64,000 nucleotides of DNA from Thalia democratica (lineage: Eukaryota), in assembly GCA_965202585.1 (NCBI GenBank), contig OZ241830.1, positions 55,738,001-55,802,000 on the forward strand, written 5' to 3'. Both the position numbers and the translations under genes were made by a program. Shown here in pieces: positions 12,301 through 27,300 of the stretch. Position 1 is the first letter of the stretch. Every line of letters starts with the position of its first letter. The notes beneath the pieces were generated by a model. That model had not been told where the DNA came from. It made no database searches and saw only the letters and a list, made by a program, of their open reading frames with translations.

Positions 12301-15300
12301 CTTGGCTTCTTCTTTAGTTAAGTTTCCTTTTTTTATTTTTATATCTACCTTAGCTTTTTCCTCTTTGTCTTTTTCAAGCATATGTTCATTAAGGCGTGTA
12401 TTAATTTCACTTGTACCTTTAAGTATTTTTTTTATTGTATTAGATTGTATTTGTATTTTTTATTATGCTGATAACAAACTTACGTGTAACTTCTTCTTGT
12501 TTTAAATTTTCTTCAAGCTGAAGCTTGTTTTCAAGATGAGCTTCTTCAAGTTTAGCAAGCTCTTCAATCTTTAAAATAATTTAAATTTGTTAGCTCAGAA
12601 ATTTTCCATGGAATTAAAGATATACTAGACCTATATTTTGTATATTACATATAACTATTTCCTTTTTCAAAACTTTTAGTAAACTATTTATACTATCTAC
12701 ACACAGCTTTTTATTATTACATCTGTAATTTATGTTTTTAAGCCAAGTTTTAATTACTATAAGTTAAACCAACTTATGATAAGAAAAGTTCTTTTAAAAG
12801 TATAAACATAAGCAAAAAAGTCTATAAATAAAGTTATTATTTGAATAACCTGATTTTTAATTAGCGGTTGGTCTTCTTGGTAAACTTTGTTTAAACTTTC
12901 TAAAGCACTGCTCATTTCTTTAAAGTCATCGCTATGTACTACATTGCGTTGAGCTGAAAATTTTTCCATTTCTACTTTCGTGGCGTTTTCAATGAACATA
13001 TCTTCTTTAATCTTCTTTCTTGCCGATAATAACGCAGCGATTTTCAACATCTGTAAAAGTGTTTTTTTAATAAAACTTTTAGCCTAAAAGGTTTTTAAAA
13101 ACTTTTGTCTTGGCATGAAACAAAAACAAATTTATTTAAAATCATTATATGAAAAATATTTTGTTTACCTTTGAATATACTTTTCATTATCATTCTACTA
13201 TAAAAATTTTTAGTATAGCAAACAACTTTGCTTTTACTGAAGACTTTAAAAAATATTTTAATGATAAATAGTAAAATAAAATATAAATAATAATGTTCAA
13301 ATGATTAGTAAAACAAAGATGTATGTGTTAACCTGTTTATCTTTATTACTCTTCCTTTGGTCCATCAGTTTTTGCGAAATTTCTTTGAACTCCTTGATTA
13401 TTTTTTCTTTATCTTCATCGTCGATGTTTGATTTATTTCCAGAGAATAATTCTTCTTCGAGTAGTTTTTCTACAGCTTTTGTTCTGTCTTTTTCTTGTTT
13501 TTCGAGCTCAATCTACGTATAAAATTATTTTAAGTTTTTTCATCTATTTTGTTTCTCATAGCTAAAAAATATCTAAATGTTTCCTAGCGTTATAATACTA
13601 CTAAAACTATAAATTATTCTTACTTAAATTTACGTTTAAGCCTAAACAGGCTACTACTTATATATTTTCTAGAAACAATTAAACGCTTCTAGAACAATTT
13701 TTGAGCATTTAGAACAACTAAAAATTAATGAAAAAAAATAAAAAAGTTTTTATGAGATTTAGTAATCAAACACAATTTTTCCAATGTTAATCTTACCTCC
13801 ATTACAGCAGCTATAACTTTATTCTCCATAAACTGGTCTTCCTCTTCAGTTTCATGCAATTGTTCTGCTGTAATACCTTTAGCATTTAATGTTTTTAGTT
13901 GTTTTTCATTATCGTTTTTAATTGTTTATGTATTAATAAGTAGCTCATTTTCGCAAAACTTAGTTTTTTCATAAAGTACTAATTCAAGAATTATTTTATA
14001 TACAAATATTAATATACAAGTATATTAAAAAAGTATAAAAAGATTTTGATGAAAATTACAGTTTTTTTAATAACTATAAAAACTAATTTATTTAGACTTT
14101 AATGGAGTATTTATATAGTTTATTAGTTTAATTTTTGTACAGAAAATTAAAAGTATATTTTTTTAAGTAAAAAAAAAACAAAACAAGAATATTAATATTT
14201 CAATGTCGAATAAACGTATGTCTAATATATTTTTTGTTTAAAAACTGGTTGATCAACAATTTTTTAAAAATTTAGTTAGTTAAATGAAATGTCACTAAGT
14301 AAAAACTAACCATTCGTTTTAAAGTTCGCAGAAATTTTTATGTCTCAAGATGATTTTGCACATATTTTAAAATTTAAATGAATTTAATTATTACTATCTA
14401 AAAAGAATTTTTCATTACATAAAATGTATTATTATTTTATTAACTGTATAACTGCAATGAATTTCGTTTTGCTTTGTTAGATTCATTTGATTACGGTATT
14501 AAATAATCGTCTCTATCAGTGGCGTAGCGTGGTATTTTGGTCAGGGGGTGCGCAAACTTTTTTCTAAAAAAATCCCCTAAGTTAAAACTTTTGTAATTAG
14601 CTATAAAAAGATCTTTTATTAAGTAATATAATTGAAATAAACTCATTAAGTAAAATAAGTTCGAAGTAAGTGTTTTAAAAAATACTTATGTATTACAAAG
14701 TTAAACAATTAAAAAAAAGTATAAAATTCATTAGAACTACTTATACTTGCACAAATGTAAACTTACTAAATAAAAATTGTTTTTATTTCTTACAGTAAAC
14801 TTTATATCTTTAAAAATTAATATATTCAATAAAACGAAAGTATATGTTTTATTTACGAAAAAAATACCAATCTCTTTTTATATACAATACAACAGTGATA
14901 ACAACACCTCATTGCACATAATTTAACAAAGTTACACAGAATATAAAACAGACTAACTTTATAACTGTTATTGCAGTTTATTACAACTTTGTAAAATAGT
15001 TAAAAGTATACTTTTTAAATGTAATCTTATCTGATTGCATTTGTTTAAAATAAAAGTCACAAACTAAGTTTATTTCTCATAGGCCGACACAAAAATAAAG
15101 TTAAAAAACTAGCAATAGACTTAACATTTATTGTAGCATAAAAAAAAAAAGTAAAATTGTTTAATTTTCCTTTAAGCGTGACGTATTTTTGTAAGCTTTT
15201 TCTAGAAAAATCTGCCATAAGGTTATACTACAGCGGTGCACTACATTAATTGCGTGCTTTTTGAGTCTAATTTCTTATGAAGTTAATGAAGTTATAAAAT

Positions 15301-18300
15301 TTTTCCTTATAGAGTTTTTCATCAACTACCGAATCAGTATATTGGGCAATTTTTCTAACGTGTCACTAATTGATATTCAAAATTACGTTTAAATTTTTGA
15401 ATACTAGATAAACATAGTTGATAAAAGGCAAATTAAGCAGAAAAACTAAACAATAAAGGATAAAGATATTACAATCTTTTTTTTTACTTCTTTTCTTTTT
15501 TTGGGTGGCACGCATGCGCTAGTGTACCTCCCCACGCTACGCCCCTGGTCTCTATATTTATCGTACAAGAGTATATACAGAATGAATAATTGCAGCACAA
15601 AGCTAACAAATTTAAATGAAAACAAGAGCCGTTGCAACTTTACTGGTAGCTGCAAGTGTGCCTTAAATAAATTTAACATCGATTAGTAAACAGTAAACAC
15701 TACAAAGTGTATAAAGCAAAATCTTGGGACAACATTTTACGACAATTTGAGCTAACTCAGTCCAGATATTTCAACAACCTCTGTACTTATTTTTAAAATC
15801 TTTAAATAATTTTTATACTTATTATTTGTTATATTTATTGTTAATTACTAACTAGCTTTTGTAATACCATTGATGATTAATACCATTGATTTAATCAAAC
15901 TTACTTTATAAGTTTATGAATTTGTGAAAAAAGAGTTATTTTATAATTACAAAAATATATTTTTGATGCTTGTTTTAAAATTTTATCTCTTACCAAAAAA
16001 AGTTCAAAAAAAAGACAGTCTTGTTTTTTAGCAGTTTTTTCTCAATTATCTATTTTTGGTAAGCGGTAAGGAGGGTACAGAAAACAATTTATAATAATTA
16101 AGCAACTGGTCAACAATTGATAAATAGTTTGGATTGCTTTGAAAATTAAAATTGGGACAAATCTTAAATAGTGTAAAATAGACGTTATAACTTTCATTTA
16201 AAGGTTTTGTATTTTATACAGAGTTAAAATATAATCTTTTAAACAATGTATAATTATTCATAGTTTTAATTTAATTTTCTTGTTACATGCTAGTAATAAA
16301 CATTTGAAAACTTCCCTACCTTGGAAACTCTTTCTACTTTCACGTCGCTGTCTCCTTCTTGCCATCATCTTGTTTTTCATGTTTTCATGAAGTTCTTGCA
16401 AATGTTTGTTGTCGTTGTTAGTGTCTTCCAAAATTTTTGAAACTGTGCCACCGTTCAAGACAGGCTGCTGCAATGTATTTTAGCCCATTTAATAGATATA
16501 AAAGAAATTTCAATATTATTTCTTAATGTCGCTATTTGTTTAGACCATCTAGTTTTAAGAATATATAACACTTTTATGACTTATAGTTATAGTTTTTTAA
16601 AAGTAAATAATCATAGTTAATATACAGTGACTCACTGTTCAAAAAAATTACGGTGTAGGGTGTGGAATTACTTATAACATATTTTTAGTTAATACTCTAA
16701 TAGCCTTAGCTAAGACAAACGACAAAAGAAGTTTATTTTTTTATTTTTAAATATCTATGTGAAGAAAACAGTTCAGTTCGAAAAGTTTATATAATAAACT
16801 AACTATGAAGTTAATGTTTTGAATTTATTCTCAACAAACCGGTCTTCCGGCGTTTAACATCCTGATCCTCTCTTCCATCTCCTCGTTCCTCTTCTTCCAA
16901 TCGATCCCTTCGTACTCCTCCCGGTCTTCCGCCCACGCCTCCTTCAGCTCCTTGATCAGTCGATCCTGCTGCTCCTGCAAGAAGGTCAGCTCCTTCTGAA
17001 GCTCTTCCTCGTTTTCTTCAACTAAGCTGCCTACGACCTACGGTTAAAAAGAGGAATGTTAATATTAATTAAAGTATATTACTATTAAATAGACTTTTTT
17101 TACAACAATCAATTTAAGTATAAAAAATTAGTTACTAATATCAAATTTATTTACTAGGTTTCACCGCTGAACGAACTATCAAACTGCATTTCTGTAATAA
17201 AAAAATTAACAGTACTATTACTAGTAAATGAATAAATTAAAATGACAAACTATGCAAAAATTGATATAAATAAAATTGAATCTCTGAAAAAAAAGATATA
17301 TTGAATAACATATCGCATAAAAATTTAAAACTACGGAAATATTTCGGTTTAAAAAATACAGTAAGCATAACTTTATTTTAAAAAATAATTTCTTATAATA
17401 AGCAAGATTTAATTTTTTTTTATCTAGTTTAAGAAGAACAGTACTAAAAAACACATCATATATCAAAAAAAAACTTTTACTAAAAAAAAAGTTTTATATA
17501 CTTTAAAAAACTAGACATGTTTAAGGCTTTGCTTAATTCTTATAAAAAAGTAATGGATATGTAGCCAAAAGTTTAACATAGTTTTAAGTAATTAAACATA
17601 TTTGAGTACAAAGATTTTTTCAATGAACTTGTAAGTTTTTTATGTGTTTAGTAGCAACGACTTGTAAAAAATATAAATATAGTATATACCTCTTTAGCGT
17701 CAAGTCCAGCTTGCTTAGCCTCGTTTGTATGCTTTTCATGAAGTTCCTTCTTTCTTCTTTGCCGCTCTTTTAACAACTTCTTTTTCATAAGTTCCAATTT
17801 CGATTTCTTTTGTTTTTCATACTTTTGTGTTGTGACTTTTATTTTTTGCAGGTACTCTTCAATAATCTAAAGTTATAGTTATACTAACAATAAGTTTTTT
17901 CAAATAGTTTAGACTTGAGAGCAACTTTGTCATCGCTAAAAAAACCAAATTGCAAAAAAAAAAATATTGGCTTTTTTTTACGATTACTTTGAACTTTTTG
18001 ATTTCTTATTATCTAAATTTTTTCTAATCTTATAAATCAATGTTTCTCATTAATTATAAACGTATTCTTATTTATAAAAGACCTACATTTAGTTTGTAAA
18101 CTTCTATAAACTTGTAATTGTTTTATAAAAATATAATAGTGAAATTCAATTTATTGGAGTTTATAAAAAAATAACAGATTCCAAAAAAGGTAGTATTCAA
18201 GTTAGTTAATTAAAAAGATCAACCTATATACTAAGAAACTAATACTTTAATAAGTAAATCGTTAACGAAATTTTATTTGTAAAAAAATAATTACATATGA

Positions 18301-21300
18301 TAAATACCTTTTCTTTTTCTTTTTCATCTACACACTGGCTCAGTTTTTCTTTAAGTTCTTTTTTCAGTTGGGCGATTTCGAAGTTTTTAAGTTTTTCAAC
18401 ACTTTGAATGACCTGACAAGCAGCAACAAATGTTTAAATAAAAGTAACTTATATTAATCAAACCTGGACTTACTTTGTTAATTGAAGACACTTCTTCTTT
18501 GCGCAGTTCGTTTTCAAGCTGCGCCACTTCTTTCGCGTGCTTTTCTAACAACTTTCTTATTTTTATGCCATTATCATTAGTAATACTTTCACCTGAAACC
18601 GAACATTTTTTGCTTAATACTATTGATAATAATTTAAAGAACTAATAGAGTATTTTGGAATAACTCACTTGAGTGTTCAAGATCATTGGAGGACTTTAGA
18701 AGACTTTCGGATAATATTTTGGTAGTTTTAATATTTTCCTGGAATTAAGAAATTAGTTATGCATAAATATCTAACTGAAACAATAAGTAGGTAACTGTTT
18801 CAAAATATCTTAACAACCTGTTTCGATAAAGTGTCAGTTATGGCAGAAGAGCTGCCATCTGCGGCCTGCCTTGATGAAAGTGTTTGATTTTTATTCGATA
18901 ATTCTTGCAGTATGCGAATGGCTTCAGTCTTTTTTGGTTTATTTGTTTAAGTACTTTTCTATTAAGAATTTATCTCAACAATATTTGAGCTTTATAATCT
19001 TATTTATTATATCAAAAAAAAGAAATACTTCTTATATAGCTTACAATTATGTTGATAAATGACAAACTTGTTTAAAAGACGAGCTTTGTTTATCGATTGA
19101 TTTTATTAAGTCATCTGAAAGTTTAAACTTCATACCACTTTCTAATAAAACTATTAACTTTTTCATAGCATTCATCAATTCGCTGTTTGTCCAATTCTGT
19201 GTTTTAGAACAAAATAAAAACACCCATTATGTTTCAAAATAAAAGAAACTAAATCCTTTATATTTAATATAAAAGTCAGAGTAATCAAAATTTTGTTTAT
19301 ACTTAAATGCATACACTATGTTGTCGTCAAACCTTTTTAATGCTTTAAAGTTTTTAATTTTTTGCTACTAAAAATGTTAGAATCATTATGGTATATGAAA
19401 AAAAAAGTTTTTTAGTAAACAGTTTTTTAAACATTGCAATTTTTTTAAATGTTTGATTTAGACAATGAAAATAGAAAAGAAACTTTAACACTTTATTATT
19501 TGTTAGTCAGTTTATAAATTGTTCAGATAATAAACATCTGTCATGAATTTATTTTATATTAAGACTCGCTTTTATCAAAATCTAGCAGTTAATAGAAACA
19601 TACAAAAAAATTAGACATAATTAGTTAGGGAAAAGTTAAAAGCTTAAAACTATGCCTTTAAAATTTACATGATCTATAAAACTGCTTATCGGAAAACTTC
19701 GATCAAACAACGTTATAAACTTCAATGCAGGGGTTTTATTCAAAAGTATTTAAAGAATAAACAAAAAAATGTTATTAACTAAGTTTTGTTTAGAAAATAA
19801 AATATAACATCTTTTTTATGTTAAGGCTTTTTTTTTTCTTTTACAAATTAAATCTAAAAAGTGTTTTTAGTTAGCAGGTATTATTCTGTTTTCAAAAGTA
19901 ATGCATTTTTATACTTGAATTAGATTTTTGAGAGAAATTATTCTGATAAGTATTTTGTCCGAAAAATTGAAACTTACGAGAGAAACTAAATAAAGAAAAA
20001 GCCTCAAAAATTATATAAGTTCTTTAGTAAGTAGAAACTAATGAACTTACTTCAACGTCATCACCGTAAATTCCCCGATGGACTGTTACGTAGTCGTAAA
20101 CGACCATTCGCTCCCCTTGCAACAAATCACGTGCCTCGGACATAAGTATTTTAGAAATTTCATTACTTCGGTCTACAGTGCAAGAGGAGTGTTGAACTTT
20201 TTCAAATTTTGTCTCCAGTAGTTTTGATTGCTCAACCTAAAATTCGGTAAAAAGATGAAATTAAAAAATCTCTATAGTTAAAATGAAAACTAAAACAACG
20301 CTTAAACTATTTATTGAAATACCATTGCTAGTTTATCATCTATAAGTTGCATGTACAAAAATAACTAATCAGATTTATAAGCTCTATTAATTTAGTATTT
20401 ACTTGTAGTTTTGACATCGCTTGTTGGTATCTCAGTATAACGTTCTGGTTTAGAGAAGTCTTAGTTACTTTATCTTTTAAATGTGATAATTCGTCTAGCT
20501 TATCTGATTTTGCTTGCTCCTCTTTTTTGAATTTCTCCATTAAAACTTTGATCTATGTTAAAAAAATTGCTTTGACTTAATAAATATATTTGGCTAAATT
20601 AATTGTTTTATTAAGAGAAACACGGCTGCAAAAAAAAAACGGTAATAAAATCTTATTTAGATTAAAGTTAAAAAAATATTTTGAAAACCAAAATAAAATT
20701 TAAAGTCAAAAATAAAGACAGTACATTACAAAACATGACTTAACTTTAGTTAACTAGTAAAATTTTAAAATTAAACTTAAATAGGGAAATTATAATAAAA
20801 AACTGCATTTTTAGCTGTAATTATTTTAAAATAAATTCTTGAAAAAAAAGCACCGATTCAGCGAGGTTTTCATAGTCAGATATGAGGTTTTGTTCATACT
20901 GTAAATAGCTTGTATCATTTTGAGTAAGTAACGCTATGACATCAAATGGCACCAAAGAATTTAGTTTCACAAGTGAAGCCTGTAAGTTTAATTGTTTATA
21001 AAAGTAATGTACAAGTTTTCACTTATATTGTTGTTAGTAAAATAACGCAAACAGAAAACAAGTTATATAACGAACGTAAAAATGTTTTCAAGATGTGCTA
21101 TATTTCATGTTAAAGTAATTTTAAATTCAAACACTTTAAACTTTTTATAAGTACTTAAACAGTTTAAAGAAATATAACTTGATAATTTGATACCTCCTTT
21201 TTTTGCTGATTTAAAGTTGAGATATTTTTAACTTTCTTTGTCAATGAAACTATTCTTTCTAACATTTCGTATATGTTGTCAAAATTTAATTGATCATAAC

Positions 21301-24300
21301 TTCCAGTCAATTCCTAAAACATCAAAATAGTTAATCATAAAACATATTTTAATACTACTCCACCAAAACTTAAGGTTTTATTAGCACTATTGTAACTTCA
21401 AAATTTTGCAAAGCCATTGAAGTTATTTAACAAAGCTAACTTATTAAAAGTCTTCAAAGGGTGCAACTTACCACTTTAAGTTTGTTGCAGTAAGTATTTA
21501 TTTCTTTTTTCACAAGCTTCACTTTCCTTAAGCTGCCCTTGCGAACAGTTAGTTCTTCATCTAGAAGTTGCAAGCTTCCCAATGGAGGCTGTCTCGTTTT
21601 AATGTGATGGACACTAGGATTTTTAATTTGGGGAACAACGGTGTCAGTTACTTTATTTATTTTTGCTCCAACTACTTTACCGCACTTTCCTGTTCAATTT
21701 TAATATTAATAGTTTTTAACTTGTATTAAGATTACAATATCATCTGAAATTCTTAAAACTAAGTTAACATAATGATTATAAAAAGTTATATTCGACTTTA
21801 ATTTCAATCTGACCAGTTATTGAGTCAATTCCTTCGCATCCAATCTCAATAGCGCAAAGGCCCTCCCCGTTTGAACTCTCCATGGAACCGACCAGGGGTC
21901 TGACACCAGAACCGGGAACTCCGGAAACCTTGTGACAGATGCCTACAACCGGAGCGCTGATGTCGGAACCACTAGGATCTCTTACTTTTGTACCGACCAA
22001 AATAGGTAAAAGTTGACCTGGTTTTGAAATTGGTATTTTTCTTAGTTAAGTTATAGTATTTGAAAACCTAGTTTAAAAGTTTTAAAAAAAAAAGGATTTT
22101 AAAAATAAAATTAGTTGTTACAAAGTTCTAGTATTTAAGTGATATACCAATTAAAAAATAATTAATAGAAAACTCAAAATAAATTAAAACCGGTAGACAG
22201 GTGTTGCATGTTACCAGGACAACCACCGGTTTTGCAGAGAATTTCAGACATTTGTTCCCTTCGTTTGAGATCATTTGCTGCTCTGATGTTGTGGAGCAGC
22301 AAAACTTGCGAAGCTTTTTCATGATCGTTGATACATTTATCAATAAGGGAGAGCTCGTGCTTACAATTAAAAGACACACCATTTTTATTCGCTTCTTCTC
22401 CTATTTAAAAAAAAACACATAAGTTTATATGTTTTAATTTTTTTAAACTTATCTTGAGTTCAGAAAAGTGTAGTTTACAAGTTATAAAAGGTTTTCTAAA
22501 AGTTTTAATCTACCTAAGCAAACTAACTAAAGCTATAGTATAATATACTAAAAAGTGTTCAATAAAATACTATGATAGAAAAATATGGATGCTAATGTAT
22601 TTATGACAGTGTTTAAATTTAGCTAATGTTTTGATTTTTTTTTACCCAAAACTCTATTTTACTTCTTTTTATAAAAAATATAACTAGTATATATAAACAT
22701 AAACACGTATATTTGCCAATAACAGTATCTTTTAAAAATGTTAGTTTTACATCATTGTTTTTAGTTTTAACCTGTAAGAGCTTCTTTCATAGATTTAAGC
22801 GAGTCTATAACTTTGATTTCCGACTTAATCTTGTTTCTTTCTACCAAAGACTCAATGCCACCGCTGCATGGAACTGCTACAAGATCGTCTCCCGATGATG
22901 TGCTCTCCATAAGTCGGCAAGAAGACACTCGGGATACTTCTCCAACTTGTGGATCCACGAACTGCTGTTTCGGTATTATTGGAACTCTTAGGTTCGGTTT
23001 TCCGGCATCGGGTGACGACATCATACCTCCTACCTGTGGGTAAAACAGTTTTATACAACAAAACAACATGTACAGTGAAAAAAAAAAACAGAAATAAAAC
23101 GTAATTTATGTTAATTTAGGTCTATTTTTTTAAGGTCTTAGATTGTTAAAAAAAGTCTTATCTTATATAAAAATGTATTTTTTTACTCAGTATAATTTAT
23201 TTAAAAGTCTCACAGGTACAACGTTTCCAAAACGGTCAAGCGTTACAGATATTATAGGAACAAGCTTTTCTGAAGATGCATGTTCGTACATAAAGTCTCC
23301 AATTTCAATTGCACATGGCATCAATGTGACCGGCGATATGTAGCTTCCACCTAGAGCAATAGTTTATTTTTTTCACAGGTAGATTTGATAAACTTAACTT
23401 TTTTAATTTTATTTGTTTCGTTACAATCGTTTTACAAGTGCTAAACAAATAATTTAAAATTTATTGTTTATTGAACGACAAATAAAAGCGCTCAGATGTT
23501 TGGTCCTAAGACCTGGTGCACCAAAAAACCAATCGGTTATCGAGTCGCACACTACTTGGATACCTTTTAACGTCTTGTCCAGGACAAGTATATTTAGTAA
23601 AAGTATATTTATAAAAACATTTTAAAGAATTTTCAGAAAACTCATTCACAAAACAAGTTAATACTAAAATATTTAAATAATAACATTAATGGTTAAGGTT
23701 TTGTTCTATGAATTGGTTGTCTTCTACTTCATAAATTTTTTACACCAGTCTCAAAAACATAACATTTTTTTATAGGATACTAACACTGTTTGATTTTTTA
23801 TCAATGTTGTGGTTATTTTCATTAAAGAAAACTGATTTGCTGAATAAACACGGATAAATATAGTTAAAAAGAATAGCCAAATGAGCAATTTTATATAAAT
23901 GTCATTATTCTTAAAAAAAAATTAATTGGTTAATAAAACTAGTTTTTTTGTTGTAAAAATCCATAAACACAGCCATTAGCTTTTGCCATTACCTAAAGGA
24001 TATATTTTTCCGTTCGAAGGGTGAATAGTGACAGCGCAAATTGGAACGCTTAGTCCTGTAGCCGTGTCGAACATGGGAGCAAAGTATTTAAGGTCTGACA
24101 TCCTTTCTATCTCTTTCAACTTATCACTAGATACCGGCTGGTTTGTTGATCCGAAAGTCGGGTAAGGCACGAAAGGTATTAGTTGCTCATAAGAACTTGC
24201 GACATTCGTTTTTTCAGAACTTGATGTAATCACAAGGGAGGAAGACGAAGCGTCGAAACACAAGTTTCCTTGGTCGGAAATAACTTGTCCTGTGTGGAAG

Positions 24301-27300
24301 TTTTCATATTCAACTAAAAATTATAAAACGTAAGTTTTGGTTTTAGTTTTGCAGAAACATACATTTGATAAAAATGGATCTGTGTTATGAAAGCAGAAAA
24401 AAGCGGGCTAAAAAATATTATAAAAAAGTTTAAAGTTTTTTTTTAAAACAGTTAATAATAAACCATTATTATGATTGATAATATACTGATTGCTAGGCAA
24501 ATTAATTATTGTTCCGTTCGGTAACTTTGCCCTGCTTCCACTAATTGGTCGATATAACCCAGTATACTTTTCCTTAAAACATACAAAATTTTGAATTAAT
24601 TTTCCACTACAATCAAACAAGTCGCTAATATCCAAAACTTTTTCATCATTAGAATCTGTATAAATGCAAAACAATTTTTTTTTAAGTTTTTATTAATTTT
24701 TTAGCTTAATTGAGTTTGATTTACAGTTGTAATTTTGTTATTATTAAGAAATATCATTCAAATAAAATGCCATTTAGTATATAAATTTGTTCAGTATGTT
24801 TACTACGTTTAAACAAACAAAATACTTTCGAAAAATAGTACTAGATTTAAAATTAAAAAGAAACTAAATTAGAGTTTTAAAAATATTTTATAATACCAAA
24901 CTTTTCTAGTAGCAAAAGCGTTTTATATTAAAGTATAAAAGTATTGATGTTATATTTATATTATAAATTTTGTAAACTTAATCTTTTTTGTGTATGTAGA
25001 TATAACATTTCAACACTTTTAGTATTCTTAAAAGCTAAAAAATCTGCATTAATCAAAAACCCTTAAACTTAACAAAATAAGTTGATAAAAGTCTTTGAAA
25101 CAAAAAATACTTGGGTCTAAAAGTCTTATTCCGCATTTGTCTTCGTTATCCAGCATTGTCAGACATCCCAAGTGTGAAGAATGTGAGTGTACCAATTGAA
25201 ACAGTTTTTCTATTTGCAAGTTGAAACGGATCGCTAGGTCACGTGATATTTCATCTGATGTTTTTGAGCCTACGTAGGTAACAAAGGTAAAAATCAAGGT
25301 AATGTAGAAATGTGCAATCAACAATATTTTGCGCAAAAAGTATAAAGTTTCTTTAAACTAGTTCAACCTAAGAAGTTTCGATAAACTAAATAATATATTA
25401 ACTAAATATAACACTTGGATACTTTACTTAAAAAAATCTGTAAGTAGTCGTTTTAGGTAAACGTAAAGTATTAAAAGTTGGTTTTATTATGTTTACCTTC
25501 CTTAAGTTGCTTGTAGCTTTGTTCCAAAAACAAACGTGTTGTTTTAACTAAACTTGCAAATTTTGTATTATAATCAATACATTTTTCGTTGTTTTCCTCA
25601 GTTAAGTCCCGTTGTATTTTCAATATACTCTGTTTTGAAAATGTTAAACATTTAAAATACTATGTTTAGTAAAATAATTCAAACTTAGCGAAATACTAAG
25701 ATGATAAACTTTATTAAAATTTCATATATCAAATTAGTCTTGTATAATAACTGAACGTTTTTGATTTAGCTAAATAGAACTCAGCCAAACTATGCCAACT
25801 AACAACACAATAGCAAAAATAAAAACCTTCATGTTTTCGCCTATTCTTTTTCTTCTTTCAAGCTCAATTTCAAGTTTTTCTTTTGTTTTGTTGTAGTCAA
25901 CTAGTTCTTCAGTTGATGCAAATGCAAATCTTCCTTTGTAGTTAATCTTTGAAGCCCATAAATCTGTTTAGTATAATTCTGAATCTTTTTAAGATAATTA
26001 ATATCTTTTGATGGATAAAACTTTACTATGACAGAACATTATTTGTTTTAAATCAAGCCTAAATTGATTACATAAATAACCAATAACCTTATCAAGAAGT
26101 ATATGTTTCACTTACTGATAGCTGTTTATTTTCAGTTTTGTTTTCAGTAATAATTTAAATCTTAAACAGTTTTATAATTTTGGTATACTAAAATTTCTTT
26201 ACCTTTTAAAGAAAAGACTTGCTCCAAAATTTTTTGAAACAAAGATTTTACTTCATCTTTTTGTAAACCAATTGTTGAGGTCACCGATTTCGACTGATTA
26301 TTCAGTATCGAGTAGAAACTTTTACTGCTAAAAGCTTCCAGGTCAACCTGTAATAGCACAACCAATTTTTTTTTGTACAAATTTTTTTTTTGTGATCAAA
26401 GATCTAGTACAAGCTTATTTTTCTAAATTAGGTAAGTTGAGTTTACTTTACTAATTAGATTTTAATCTTTATTACCTGTCGTTCATAATCCCAAAAGTTG
26501 TCAGATTCTAAAAACTTCTCATTAGCTTTTTGTGTTAAAGCTTTCCCGTTAGCTAACAAATTTTTGTGATATCTTTTTGAAGAATAAACTGTTGAACCCT
26601 AAAGTTTTATAGTATATAAGTAATCTATAAAACTGAAAAGTTTTTTTTTACATTATTTTATTTGGTTTACCTAACTAAATGAAGAAGTCAACTTTGTGTG
26701 TTTAAAAGAGTTTTTCGTCAATTTAATAAATAGAAAAGTATATAATTAAGCGAATTTTTTTTTAAATTAAATAGTATGTACTTTAGCTTGGTGTTGAATA
26801 AGTTTCTTAAATTATATGCTATATTGTTAATGTTATCAAATTTAAATTTATTTTATTGTGTATGAACATTTAGATAAAAACTATCGAAGCAATTTCTATT
26901 TACAACTTATTTTGTCGCTTAGATGTTACAGTCATTATTAAAAGCTAAATGGTCCATATAATTCTCCATAAAAATTTGAAAAAAATATATTAATATAAGT
27001 TTTAAACAAACTTTAGATGAGTAGTTGTCGTAATCAAACGCCTTCGCCTTTTTGCGATAGCTAGGCTGAACATACAAGCACTTCTCCCAGCCGTACTTGC
27101 GGAACAAGTAAAGCGCCAGAATGAGCAGAAGAACCAGTATTATTGCAGACGCGATGAGGATTCCCACGAGCAGCCAATCAGGTTCGAGCAAAATTGACGA
27201 CCTCAGCTTTATGCCGGTTTGTATCAGAAAGCTTGAAGTTTTTGGGAAGAAGGGACCGAGCTCCGTACAAGTTCCTCCAACGTCCATAACTGAATATTAA

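Noticed and set aside
16623-16640. TACAGTGACTCACTGT as a Tc1/mariner terminus
   Set aside because: No partner TIR outside coding sequence; only a short palindrome.
23450-23620. Open frame VLDKTLKGIQVVCDSITDWFFGAPG as an extra exon
   Set aside because: No good acceptor, and the flanking exons already join seamlessly (IYPL-G-GSYISP).
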